Source: Rhodobacter capsulatus SB 1003
GTDB lineage: Bacteria; Pseudomonadota; Alphaproteobacteria; Rhodobacterales; Rhodobacteraceae
NCBI RefSeq assembly: GCF_000021865.1
Contig: NC_014034.1
Location: forward strand, 1,350,001-1,382,000
DNA: 32,000 nt
Direction of reading: 5' to 3'
Both the position numbers and the translations under genes were made by a program. Each line of letters opens with the position of its first letter. Positions within the stretch are counted from its first letter, which is position 1. Positions 8,648 to 16,010 of the stretch are shown here, piece after piece. The notes beneath the pieces are model-generated. The model was not told the DNA's origin and did not search any database. It saw nothing but the letters and a program-made list of their open reading frames with translations.

Positions 8648-8971
8648 GCCCAGACACCTCTCCCGCCAGTAAGCGGATTGAGACTCTTCCATCGAGCACT
8701 TGCAACCAAACACCCCGTGCCCAGACACCTCTCCCGCCAGTAAGCGGATTGAGACCTCCTTTCTCCACCCCGCGGGGTGTGCGCACGTGGCCCAGACACC
8801 TCTCCCGCCAGTAAGCGGATTGAGACGGGCGTATTCACGGCCCACCAACGCCCCCCATGCGGTGCCCAGACACCTCTCCCGCCAGTAAGCGGATTGAGAC
8901 GGAAGATTTTCGGTCATCTTACGCGATCCGCATAGCCCAGACACCTCTCCCGTCCATAAGCGGGTCAGCCG
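8648..8971 (+). CRISPR. CRISPR array 2: 5 repeats (last degenerate), 4 spacers
   Basis: Same 37-nt repeat at 8648-8684, 8719-8755, 8790-8826 and 8864-8900. A degenerate terminal copy lies at 8935-8971 (GCCCAGACACCTCTCCCGTCCATAAGCGGGTCAGCCG). Spacers are 34, 34, 37 and 34 nt. Degeneration at the right end supports a leader on the left and plus orientation. Confidence 0.95.
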
Positions 8972-9807
8972 AGGGGCGTCAGCCGCACCCTTCCCGCGCC
9001 GATGGTGGTGTCGGCGCCGATGTGCAGCGCCTCGGCCAGCGTGAGCAGGCGGCGCAGCTCGGGCGGGGGCGCGGAAAAGGCGATGCGGCCGGAAAAGCCC
9101 GGACGCGGTTTCGTGCCCCGCGCCAGCGCCCGCCGTTCGCCCGCAACGGCCGGGGGGGCGGCGCGCAGCGCCTCGGCCAGCTCCGCCTCGGGCAGATCGA
9201 GCGCAAAGCCGTGCCACTGCGCGATCCCCTTGGCGCGTTTGGCAAATCCTGTCAGCAGCGAGGCGGGATCGAGGCCCAGCCCCGCGTGATCGGCGCGCAG
9301 GCGCTGGATGATCGGGGTTTGCGTGCGCAAAGCCAGCGCCCCCGCAGGCGGGGGGGAAGCCGTCAGTTGCGCATGGGACACGGCGGTGATCTGCATCGGC
9401 ACCCGGCCCGCGCGGCCCAGATCAAGGCCGCCGCGCAGCCCGGCAATCAGCGCGGCGCGAAACTCGGGCGCCCAGTCGCAGGCGGCCCCGAAAAGGCGCA
9501 GCGTGATGGTCAGATCCGCGCCTTGCGCATCGGCGCGCAGCACGAAAGGTTTGGGCAGCTCGAAGCCTGGGTTCAGCGCGCCTTGCGGGTTGTGAAACAG
9601 GTCGTAAGCGCAGGGCGGATCATAGGGGCAGGGCGCTCCCGCCAGCGCCTCGGGCGAGGCGGAAAGCGCCAGCGCATGGCCCATCGCGCCGCGCACCCGG
9701 CCCAGTGTGGCCGTGCCCGCCGCAAGCCCGCCATGCCCCGCGATCTGAACCACAAGGTCGCGGGCACACAGGGCGGGAAGGAAGTCCTTGAGCGAAATCG
9801 GCTGCAT
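8965..9807 (-). CDS. cas6: Cas6-family pre-crRNA endoribonuclease (RAMP)
   Basis: Start taken at MQPISLKDF (ATG 9805-9807). LGRVRGAMGHAL...CPYDPPCAYDLFHNP...LPKPFVL matches the N-terminal pattern of the Cas6 family seen with RT-Cas1 systems. The C-terminal GFSGRIAF...LHIGADTTIGAGRVRL is the Cas6 G-rich loop. The stop (8965-8967) lies inside the degenerate terminal repeat. Confidence 0.7.
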   Translation of the reverse strand: MQPISLKDFLPALCARDLVVQIAGHGGLAAGTATLGRVRGAMGHALALSASPEALAGAPCPYDPPCAYDLFHNPQGALNPGFELPKPFVLRADAQGADLTITLRLFGAACDWAPEFRAALIAGLRGGLDLGRAGRVPMQITAVSHAQLTASPPPAGALALRTQTPIIQRLRADHAGLGLDPASLLTGFAKRAKGIAQWHGFALDLPEAELAEALRAAPPAVAGERRALARGTKPRPGFSGRIAFSAPPPELRRLLTLAEALHIGADTTIGAGRVRLTPLG

Positions 9808-9985
9808 GGCGCAGTCTTTCGCCGCGCGGAGGCAAAGATCAAGCCCGGCGTGTTTGCCGCGGCGAAAGGCCATTGCGAGGGCGGCAAAATGCGCTCAGGA
9901 AGGGGGAGAAAAGAAAAACCCCCGACCGGGGTCGAGGGCCTGCTAGCGGCGTACCGCTTCGCGTGGATGTTCGCGAGGTAGCAGA

Positions 9986-10630
9986 TTGAGCGAAAAAGAT
10001 CAACAGGAAACAAGGGCCGCGCGCGCGGCGCTTTATATCGACGGGTTCAACCTTTATCACGCGATCGACCGGCTGGGGCAGCCGCATCTGAAATGGCTCA
10101 GCTATTGGCGGCTCGGTCAGGTGATCTTGCCGCAAAAGACGCAAAAGCTGGTGCGGGTGGTCTATTGCACGGCGTTTTATCCCGGTTCGGCGGGCAAGCG
10201 CTGGCGGCACGAGCAGGTGATCGCGGCGCAGCGGGCCGAGGGGGTGGAGGTGGCGCTGGGCCATTACGTGCATGAGCGGATGATGTGTCGCAGTTGCGGC
10301 GATCGCTGGGAGAAGCCGACCGAGAAGGCGGGGGATATCAACCTCGCCATCCATCTGATGCATGACGCGTTCGAAGATGTGTTCGACCATGCCTATCTGC
10401 TGACGGCCGATTCCGATCAGGCGGCGACGGCGGCGATGTTCGCGCGGCACTTTCCCGAGAAGCGGCTGACGACGGTGGCGCCGCCCGGCCGCGACCCTTC
10501 GGTGCATATCCTGCGCCACGCCTCGGGCGGCAAGATCAAGCTCAATGCCGGGCATCTTGAGCGCGCGGTGATGGGGGCCACGGTCGGCAAGGCGCGGCGG
10601 CCCGACGAATACGCCCCGCCCGAGGGCTGA
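9986..10630 (+). CDS. NYN/LabA-like (PIN-related) predicted RNase
   Basis: ALYIDGFNLYHAID at the N-terminus, CRSCGDRWEKPTEKAGDINLAIHLMHDA and LLTADSD together form the NYN (DUF88/LabA) motif set. TTG start at 9986, with no in-frame ATG upstream of the domain. Confidence 0.75.
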   Translation: MSEKDQQETRAARAALYIDGFNLYHAIDRLGQPHLKWLSYWRLGQVILPQKTQKLVRVVYCTAFYPGSAGKRWRHEQVIAAQRAEGVEVALGHYVHERMMCRSCGDRWEKPTEKAGDINLAIHLMHDAFEDVFDHAYLLTADSDQAATAAMFARHFPEKRLTTVAPPGRDPSVHILRHASGGKIKLNAGHLERAVMGATVGKARRPDEYAPPEG

Positions 10631-10633
10631 GGC

Positions 10634-11104
10634 TCAGCGGCCTTGCGTCAGTTCAAGCCAGACCTGTGCCATCGCCTCGGCATCCGGCCCGGCCCGGTGC
10701 GGATGCGGCAGCGTGGCGAGCAGATCCTGCGCGCGGCCGAGCGCCTCTGCGCCGAAAGTATCGCTGACCGCATCGTCGAAATGCAAAAGCTGCACCGGGC
10801 GGCGCAGCAGCATCGTCAGCCATTTGCCGTCGAATTCGGGGCAGTCGGAAAGGACATGAGCCCCAAGCCGCGCTTCGACCGCCTCGGCGACGATCTCGGC
10901 CGCGGGGGCGGTGTGCAGTTGTTCCCGCGCGATGCCGTGGATCTCTGCCGAACGCGGATCCCAGTCGGCCTCGCTCCAGCCCGGGCGAGGGTGAATGAGG
11001 CAAGACCATGTCTCGATGCCAAGGGAGGAGAGCCGCGACAACCCGATTTCGATAGGCCAACCCGTCAGGCTCGAGGCTTCGATGTCGATGAAGATCGGGG
11101 TCAT
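10634..11104 (-). CDS. DEDDh (DnaQ-like) 3'-5' exonuclease
   Basis: FIDIEASS (DxE), SDCPEFDGKWL (D) and HRAGPDAEAM (H-x4-D) give the DEDDh motif order. Convergent with the NYN gene with only 3 nt between the stops. Confidence 0.75.
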   Translation of the reverse strand: MTPIFIDIEASSLTGWPIEIGLSRLSSLGIETWSCLIHPRPGWSEADWDPRSAEIHGIAREQLHTAPAAEIVAEAVEARLGAHVLSDCPEFDGKWLTMLLRRPVQLLHFDDAVSDTFGAEALGRAQDLLATLPHPHRAGPDAEAMAQVWLELTQGR

Positions 11105-11143
11105 GAGGATATCACCTTGAGGGCAGGCTACGGAATGTCATGT

Positions 11144-11155
11144 GAGCACGTGCTC
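11144..11155. repeat. Perfect 12-nt palindrome GAGCACGTGCTC about 40 nt upstream of the exonuclease start
   Basis: Read directly from the sequence. It lies in the lower-GC intergenic stretch 11105-11402. An operator function is speculative. Confidence 0.3.
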
Positions 11156-11402
11156 TGCTTTTGGCGCAAAATACCCGCCGAGGATAGGAGTGGCATGCTG
11201 TAACCGAGCGCCTTCGAGCCGCAGACACTGAAGCAGAGAGGCGTCGATCGAACCAGAATCTCTTCAATCCTTGTCCGCTGGCGCGCAGACGTACGCAGCG
11301 CCGTCTCGCCTGACAACTTTTCATGCACGTAAATGGACGCATTCCGACTGTCGCCCCGCGCTGCTATCCTGCGGAGAAACTCTTGGCGCAAACGGCGGTT
11401 TC

Positions 11403-11615
11403 ATGGACGATGGCTCGGGCGTTGCCCTGATCGGATTGATCTTTTCCCTCTTCCTTCTTTGGTTCGTCCTTTGGGTCGTTATCCTCCTTCCGGCGCGCAT
11501 GGCGCGCAAGCGCGGGCGCAGCGCGGTTGGATGGGTGCTCGTCAGCCTGATCTTGTCGCCTCTCGTTGCGATTGTTCTCCTTGTTCTGCTGGGTCGAAGC
11601 TGGACCGCCCGCTGA
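11403..11615 (+). CDS. Small two-TM membrane protein (70 aa), function unknown
   Basis: MDDGSGVALIGLIFSLFLLWFVLWVVILLPARMARKRGRSAVGWVLVSLILSPLVAIVLLVLLG: two hydrophobic helices separated by a basic loop. T-ending codons are more frequent than in neighbouring genes, and the RBS is weak. Confidence 0.45.
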   Translation: MDDGSGVALIGLIFSLFLLWFVLWVVILLPARMARKRGRSAVGWVLVSLILSPLVAIVLLVLLGRSWTAR

Positions 11616-11707
11616 CGGATCGGTCCCCCAAGGGAAAACGCATCTTCCGCCCCGCGCGCCACGCCCGACCCGGAGGTGCCGGACCCCCAAGGCTGCGCCT
11701 TGACGGC

Positions 11708-13828
11708 TCATGGCTCTCGCCCGAAATCCTCGCGCGCCGAGGGCGCCTCTGGCATCCGGGGCGCCACCAGCCCCGCCCGCAAAATCTCCTCGGCATCGGG
11801 CGAGGCCCGCGGCCCCGCAAGCGACAGCAATTGCGTGCCGGTGCGGGGGACCGCCGAAAGTCGCCTGATCGCCACGGCGAGGGTCGGGACAAGGTCGTGA
11901 TCTGTCTTTCTGGCCGGCTCCGGCAGCTTGCCGAGGCCCCGCGTGCTGCCGGCGACCATGCCGGTGCGCACCGGCTCATCGGCCCAGAGCGCATATTCGT
12001 AGCCGCAAATCGTGCCCGTCCGATCCCGGTGCGCGAGCAGCCAAAGATCGGGGCGGGGGTGCAGCAGATCCTCGAACACCACCGGCTGACCTTGCGGATC
12101 GTCCTTCGCCCGCCGCGCAAAGTGTTCATGCAGGGCGCGGACCATATCGAAGGTCATCCGCTTGACCGTGATCCGTTCGGGCGCAATCTCGCGCGCGGAA
12201 TGGAGCGCCGGGCGCAGCTGCGGGAACAGGTCAAGCGGGGCGGCTCGGGTCAGGCCGCGCCGCAGGTCGGTTTCGGACCGGGCCCGTTCGCGCAGGGCGG
12301 CGTTAGCGGCGCGGAGCAGGGTTTTGCGGATGTCCGAGGGCAGGTCGGCAAGATCATCCGCAATCCTTTCCGTCCAGTCCTCGGCCTCATGCATTTTCTC
12401 CGCACGATCCTTGCGGCGGGCGGTGCGGCTCAGGTCGTTGCGATGCATTTCCTCGGCCCGGGCGGCAAGTGCCGCCGTGATCGGCGGGGGCAACACCGGA
12501 GGCCCGGACATTGCCGCCGCCCGCCGAAGCCGGACGCGCAGCAGTGCCCCGGTCGGATCGGGCGGCATCAGCGTGGTAATGCCGCGATCTGCCGCAGCGC
12601 GCATCAAAGCGCGAGAAATCGGGGTATCGTCGGTGATGTCGAGCGTGGCCCAGCCCCGCGCCGCGATCATCTTCAGTGCGATCTCGATGCGGGGCCGGAT
12701 CGCCCCCGGCCCACCCATGCGGATGACCTCGCCCAGATCGGTCACCCAGCCGCCATCGCGCAGGAAGACCATGCGGCGAGGGGCGGCGAGGTTGATGACG
12801 GCGATCTGATCCCTCAACTGCAGATCGTCTAGCAAAGCCATGTGCAAGGCACCGACCTGCGCGCGGGCGCCTGCGGGGCGACGCCCGATCCGGGCCGATT
12901 TTCCGCGGCCATAGCCCCGGATCGTCAGCCGTGTTTCGCCCGGTGGCATCGGCGTGGGCGTCATGTGTTGATCAGGCAGCGGCCCGAGCCGCGCCACAAG
13001 CTCCGCATGGCTCTCCCCCGGGATCAACCGGCTGACCGCCACCGCCTCGGACCCGCCGCGCAGATGGATCACCGCGCCCCGCGGGGTCTTGCGATATCCA
13101 AGCCCAAATCGTCCAAGGCGCGCCAGCACCTCGGCCCATGTCTTCGCGCTTTCCACTCCCTGCCGGAGCGCTGTCATCGCCTCGATGGGTAACCGCAGGT
13201 GCAGCGGGAGGTGCCCGCTGATGCGCGCCTGATCGATATCACCTTGCCGCAGGTCGGCTTGGACCTTTCGTCGTGCCTGTTTCAATGCCCAATCTTCGGC
13301 TGGCCGAGGCACGAGCCGCACTGCCGGGACGGGGCCGGTGTCGTCGATCTCGACCCGAAAACGGCCATTGTCGCGTGCCCATCCCTGCAGGAGTTCAATC
13401 TCGCGGCAGGCCAACTCAAGCCGGGTGTAATCCTGCCACCTGTCCACCAATCGTCCGGTGATCGGATGGACCCGGCTATATATCGTGTGGACGTGGATGT
13501 GCGCGGTGTCGCGATGCACGCCGATCACGGCTTCATGCCCCTCCGCCCCGAGCCGTGCCATCGCATGTTTGGCCGCCACCCGCGCCTGATTATCGCTCGG
13601 GACTTCGCGCGCGGGCCATGACAACACAATGTGGACATGGGCCGTGCGCGGGTTGCGGCGATGCCGCTGGCAGGTCGCGGCCATCTGCGCCGCCGCGACG
13701 TCGATGCCCCCAGGGATGCACGGGGTGTCGATGTAAGTCGCTTTCGCAGCAACATAATCGATGCGGGCCGCGAGCCCATGATCAGCGGACCGGATTTCTT
13801 GCCTAAGAGCGATGATTTTGCCGATCAT
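11708..13828 (-). CDS. MobA/VirD2-family relaxase with long C-terminal extension (706 aa)
   Basis: The N-terminal 150 aa carry HVHIVLSWP and the histidine triad HRDTAHIHVHTIYSRVHP, typical of the relaxase/mobilization nuclease domain. The remaining ~550 aa were not assigned. Confidence 0.85.
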   Translation of the reverse strand: MIGKIIALRQEIRSADHGLAARIDYVAAKATYIDTPCIPGGIDVAAAQMAATCQRHRRNPRTAHVHIVLSWPAREVPSDNQARVAAKHAMARLGAEGHEAVIGVHRDTAHIHVHTIYSRVHPITGRLVDRWQDYTRLELACREIELLQGWARDNGRFRVEIDDTGPVPAVRLVPRPAEDWALKQARRKVQADLRQGDIDQARISGHLPLHLRLPIEAMTALRQGVESAKTWAEVLARLGRFGLGYRKTPRGAVIHLRGGSEAVAVSRLIPGESHAELVARLGPLPDQHMTPTPMPPGETRLTIRGYGRGKSARIGRRPAGARAQVGALHMALLDDLQLRDQIAVINLAAPRRMVFLRDGGWVTDLGEVIRMGGPGAIRPRIEIALKMIAARGWATLDITDDTPISRALMRAAADRGITTLMPPDPTGALLRVRLRRAAAMSGPPVLPPPITAALAARAEEMHRNDLSRTARRKDRAEKMHEAEDWTERIADDLADLPSDIRKTLLRAANAALRERARSETDLRRGLTRAAPLDLFPQLRPALHSAREIAPERITVKRMTFDMVRALHEHFARRAKDDPQGQPVVFEDLLHPRPDLWLLAHRDRTGTICGYEYALWADEPVRTGMVAGSTRGLGKLPEPARKTDHDLVPTLAVAIRRLSAVPRTGTQLLSLAGPRASPDAEEILRAGLVAPRMPEAPSAREDFGREP

Positions 13829-14121
13829 GTCCCAGCTTCATCCAGATGCTCGATCATCCGCGCAAGGATCGAGCGTTGCGCCGGTCTCGGATTTTCTGCA
13901 GCGAGTTTCAGCGCCAGATCGCGTAACAGCGCAACATCGATCCCTGGCCGCGCGAGATGATCGAGCAGAAGCCGTCGAGCCAGCAAACCGGACGAGCGTA
14001 GCCCCGAAGCCAGGGCCGCTGCCTCGACGGCCCGGAACTCATGCGGGTAGAGTCGGCAAGCGACGATCTCCGTCGCTTTCCGCTTTTCCGAGCGCGCTTT
14101 AGTTGCGCCCTCCTTCATCAC
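13825..14121 (-). CDS. mobC: MobC-like relaxosome accessory protein
   Basis: IVACRLYPHEFRAVEAAALASGLRSSGLLARRLLLD matches the MobC (ribbon-helix-helix) pattern. It lies immediately upstream of the relaxase and is translationally coupled to it. Confidence 0.75.
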   Translation of the reverse strand: MMKEGATKARSEKRKATEIVACRLYPHEFRAVEAAALASGLRSSGLLARRLLLDHLARPGIDVALLRDLALKLAAENPRPAQRSILARMIEHLDEAGT

Positions 14122-14585
14122 ACCGTTCCGGTCTGATGAGCCGAGGGTTGCGGCAGAGGCGCGCCCGCAGACATCATCATTTCGGGCGTGCCAGAGCCGG
14201 ACGGATTGACCGCGATTAGCGGTTCGGCAGGCACCGCCGGGATCACCGCAGGCTCGGACGTTTGCGGGGCCTTCGTCGCGTCCATCTTTGCCTCGGTCTG
14301 ATCCGCTGACGCGGGTTTGCCGCTCTCGCGCATGTATCCTTTGAGCGTCTCCGTCGTCAGTTCGACTCCCAGTTCGCGCAACAGGGCCACGAGCTGTGCA
14401 TAGCTGACACCGCGCTTGAGCGCCGATTTGATCGGCTTTTTCAGCGCGCCCTTGATCGCCGCCGCAGCGGAAACGGGCTGGCGCCCGTCGGGCTTAATGT
14501 TCTTGAGCGCTTCGATGATCTTTGCCAGATCACCAACCGGAATCTGGTTGACGTGGCGGGCAGCTTGCGGGTTTTCAGTTTCCAT
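14118..14585 (-). CDS. Hypothetical protein, first gene of the mob operon
   Basis: ATG at 14583-14585 is preceded by GAGG at a 5-nt spacing (a GTG at 14591 is also possible). VSYAQLVALLRELGVELTTETLKGYM looks like a helix-turn-helix. The C-terminal half is Pro/Ala-rich and probably disordered. Confidence 0.5.
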   Translation of the reverse strand: METENPQAARHVNQIPVGDLAKIIEALKNIKPDGRQPVSAAAAIKGALKKPIKSALKRGVSYAQLVALLRELGVELTTETLKGYMRESGKPASADQTEAKMDATKAPQTSEPAVIPAVPAEPLIAVNPSGSGTPEMMMSAGAPLPQPSAHQTGTV

Positions 14586-14811
14586 GGTCACCTCGGAATG
14601 TTGCGGGTGACCCTAATAATATGCAGGTTTTTCGCGCTGTCGTCTGCTATTGATTCGTAATCCACAATTTTCGGATGGTCTGGGAGACGGACAAATCCCG
14701 GCCTTTAGCGCGCTGTCGAGTGGTTCTGTGTCGATATTCCAATACCGTGATGTCGGCTTTCGATCCGTCCACAGCACGGAATTTCCGATCTGATCCCGGT
14801 GCAGGGTATCG

Positions 14812-14827
14812 CGGCGGTTAACCGCCG
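14812..14827. repeat. Perfect 16-nt palindrome CGGCGGTTAACCGCCG
   Basis: Read directly from the sequence. It lies 12 nt beyond the stop of the WYL regulator gene, inside the candidate oriT region. It could be a short terminator hairpin or a relaxosome or regulator site. Confidence 0.35.
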
Positions 14828-14838
14828 TTTCTTCCCGC

Positions 14839-15822
14839 TCAGGGCATCGAGCCGAAATCGCCCCGCCTGTGGCCCTCGACCAGCGCGCGCAGGCCCTTGG
14901 GCTCCAGCACCTCGACCGCATCGCCCCATTGATAGAGGTGCCACGCCATCTCCAGCCATCCGGCCGCCTCGAAGCGTACGATCAGGCCGCCGTCCGCCTG
15001 CCATTCCAGCCGCTGCGAGGGGTGGAAGCGGAACCCCGCCGCGCGCTCGGCGGCATGGGGGGCAAAGCGCCAGGCCACCGGGCCGAATTGCGCCGGGTCC
15101 TGCCAGACGCCGAAGGAGCGCGCGGCAAAGCGTTCCATCGAGAACGCCGGGTCCATCGCGAAACTCTCGTCAAGCACCTCGGCCGACAGGATCTGATCCA
15201 GCCGGAAGGTGCGGATCAGATCGCCCTTGGCCGGGTCGCGGGCGACCAGATAGGTGCGATGACCAAGCAGCACCCCATGCGGTTCCAGCACCCGCGCGGG
15301 CGCATCGTCGGATTTGTAGCGCACCCGCAGCCGGAACGGGCCGCGCAGGGCCTCGGTCACCGCGTCGAGGATTTCGGGCGCAAGGCTGACCCGAGGCCCC
15401 GGCCGGGTCACCGTGGCCAGCGCCTGCAGCACCGCCTCGGCATCGGCTTCGGCGCGGGCGGCATCGCGATTGCTCAGCCGCGCCAGAAGGCCATCGCGCA
15501 GCCCCGCCAGCGCCTGGCGGTGGCGCAGCCGCCCCTCGGCCACGGCCTCGCGCCCGGCGATGTCGAGCGCCTCGATCGCAGTTTCGGGGCGCAGCTGCAG
15601 CCGGTCGAGCGCGCCCGGGTCGATCCGCCAGCGCCGCTTGCGATCCTCGCCATCCTCGGCGGTGACATTGGCGAAGGTGGTCTCGAGCGCCTGCGTCATG
15701 CGTTGCGCCGTGCGGTGGGAAATCGAAAATTCCTCAACGATCTCATCGAGGCTGACCCCCGTGCGCCGCGCCGCCGCCATCTGCGCCAGACGGATCAGAT
15801 CCTGGGCCTTGGAAAAGGACAT
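14839..15822 (-). CDS. HTH-WYL-domain transcriptional regulator (BrxR/CapW-like architecture)
   Basis: N-terminal HTH (GVSLDEIVEEFSISHRTAQRM). Central WYL-type block LRVRYKSDDAPARVLEPHGVLLGHRTYLVARDPAKGDLIRTFRLDQI. C-terminal extension. Start taken at ATG 15820-15822 (a GTG at 15846 is possible). Divergent from mcrB. Confidence 0.8.
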   Translation of the reverse strand: MSFSKAQDLIRLAQMAAARRTGVSLDEIVEEFSISHRTAQRMTQALETTFANVTAEDGEDRKRRWRIDPGALDRLQLRPETAIEALDIAGREAVAEGRLRHRQALAGLRDGLLARLSNRDAARAEADAEAVLQALATVTRPGPRVSLAPEILDAVTEALRGPFRLRVRYKSDDAPARVLEPHGVLLGHRTYLVARDPAKGDLIRTFRLDQILSAEVLDESFAMDPAFSMERFAARSFGVWQDPAQFGPVAWRFAPHAAERAAGFRFHPSQRLEWQADGGLIVRFEAAGWLEMAWHLYQWGDAVEVLEPKGLRALVEGHRRGDFGSMP

Positions 15823-16010
15823 CGCCACCCCGACAGCAATTGACACCCCGCGACGTTAGGAATGATCTTGCGATCTGTCGAGGCGATTCCCTCGGGGGTC
15901 GATCACCAGACCTTTGGAGCACCTATGCGTTTTCTTGGCAGTCGCACCCGATTTCCCTTCCCCGATCCGATGTGGTCCGGGCAGGCCCTTTTTGTTTTGG
16001 AGGATTTTGC

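Larger units (their letters stand above)
11708..14838 (-). mobile_element. Mobilization module: candidate oriT region + orf + mobC + relaxase
   Basis: Three start/stop-coupled genes (ATGA overlaps at 13825-13828 and 14118-14121) sit behind a 247-nt lower-GC intergenic region. No integrase or att site is seen in the window. Confidence 0.55.

Noticed and set aside
6300-8971. Alternative minus-strand orientation of the arrays (the repeat would start GTCTCAATCC, which resembles the common GTTTCAATCC 5' end)
   Set aside because: The minus reading ends in GTGTCTGGGC rather than an ATTGxxAC handle. The conserved flanks are on the left of both arrays, and the only degenerate repeat is at the right end. 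Plus orientation is better supported, but it remains untested.
9874-9985. Possible hairpin or small RNA in the cas6/NYN divergent intergenic region (CCCCGACCGGGGTCGAGGG)
   Set aside because: The pairing needs a bulge and leaves a 2-nt loop, so this is not a credible structure. The region is more simply a divergent promoter region.
10625-10637. Palindrome GCTGAGGCTCAGC between the NYN and exonuclease genes as a bidirectional terminator
   Set aside because: It has only a 6-bp stem with a 1-nt centre, so it cannot form a stable hairpin loop, and there is no U-tract. It mostly reflects the two facing stop codons.
11128-11391. 87-aa and 76-aa minus-strand ORFs in the 11105-11402 intergenic stretch
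   Set aside because: No RBS, no motif, and mixed codon bias. There is not enough support to call a gene.
14613-15004. Small ORFs (about 100 aa) in and next to the candidate oriT region
   Set aside because: The translations are Arg/Gly-rich with no RBS. They overlap the intergenic region and the 3' end of the WYL regulator gene.
15840-16010. ORF-track start of mcrB at TTG 15840
   Set aside because: It would overlap the divergent WYL regulator gene and adds 57 residues of non-conserved-looking sequence. GTG 16011 has a GGAGGA Shine-Dalgarno at the ideal spacing.
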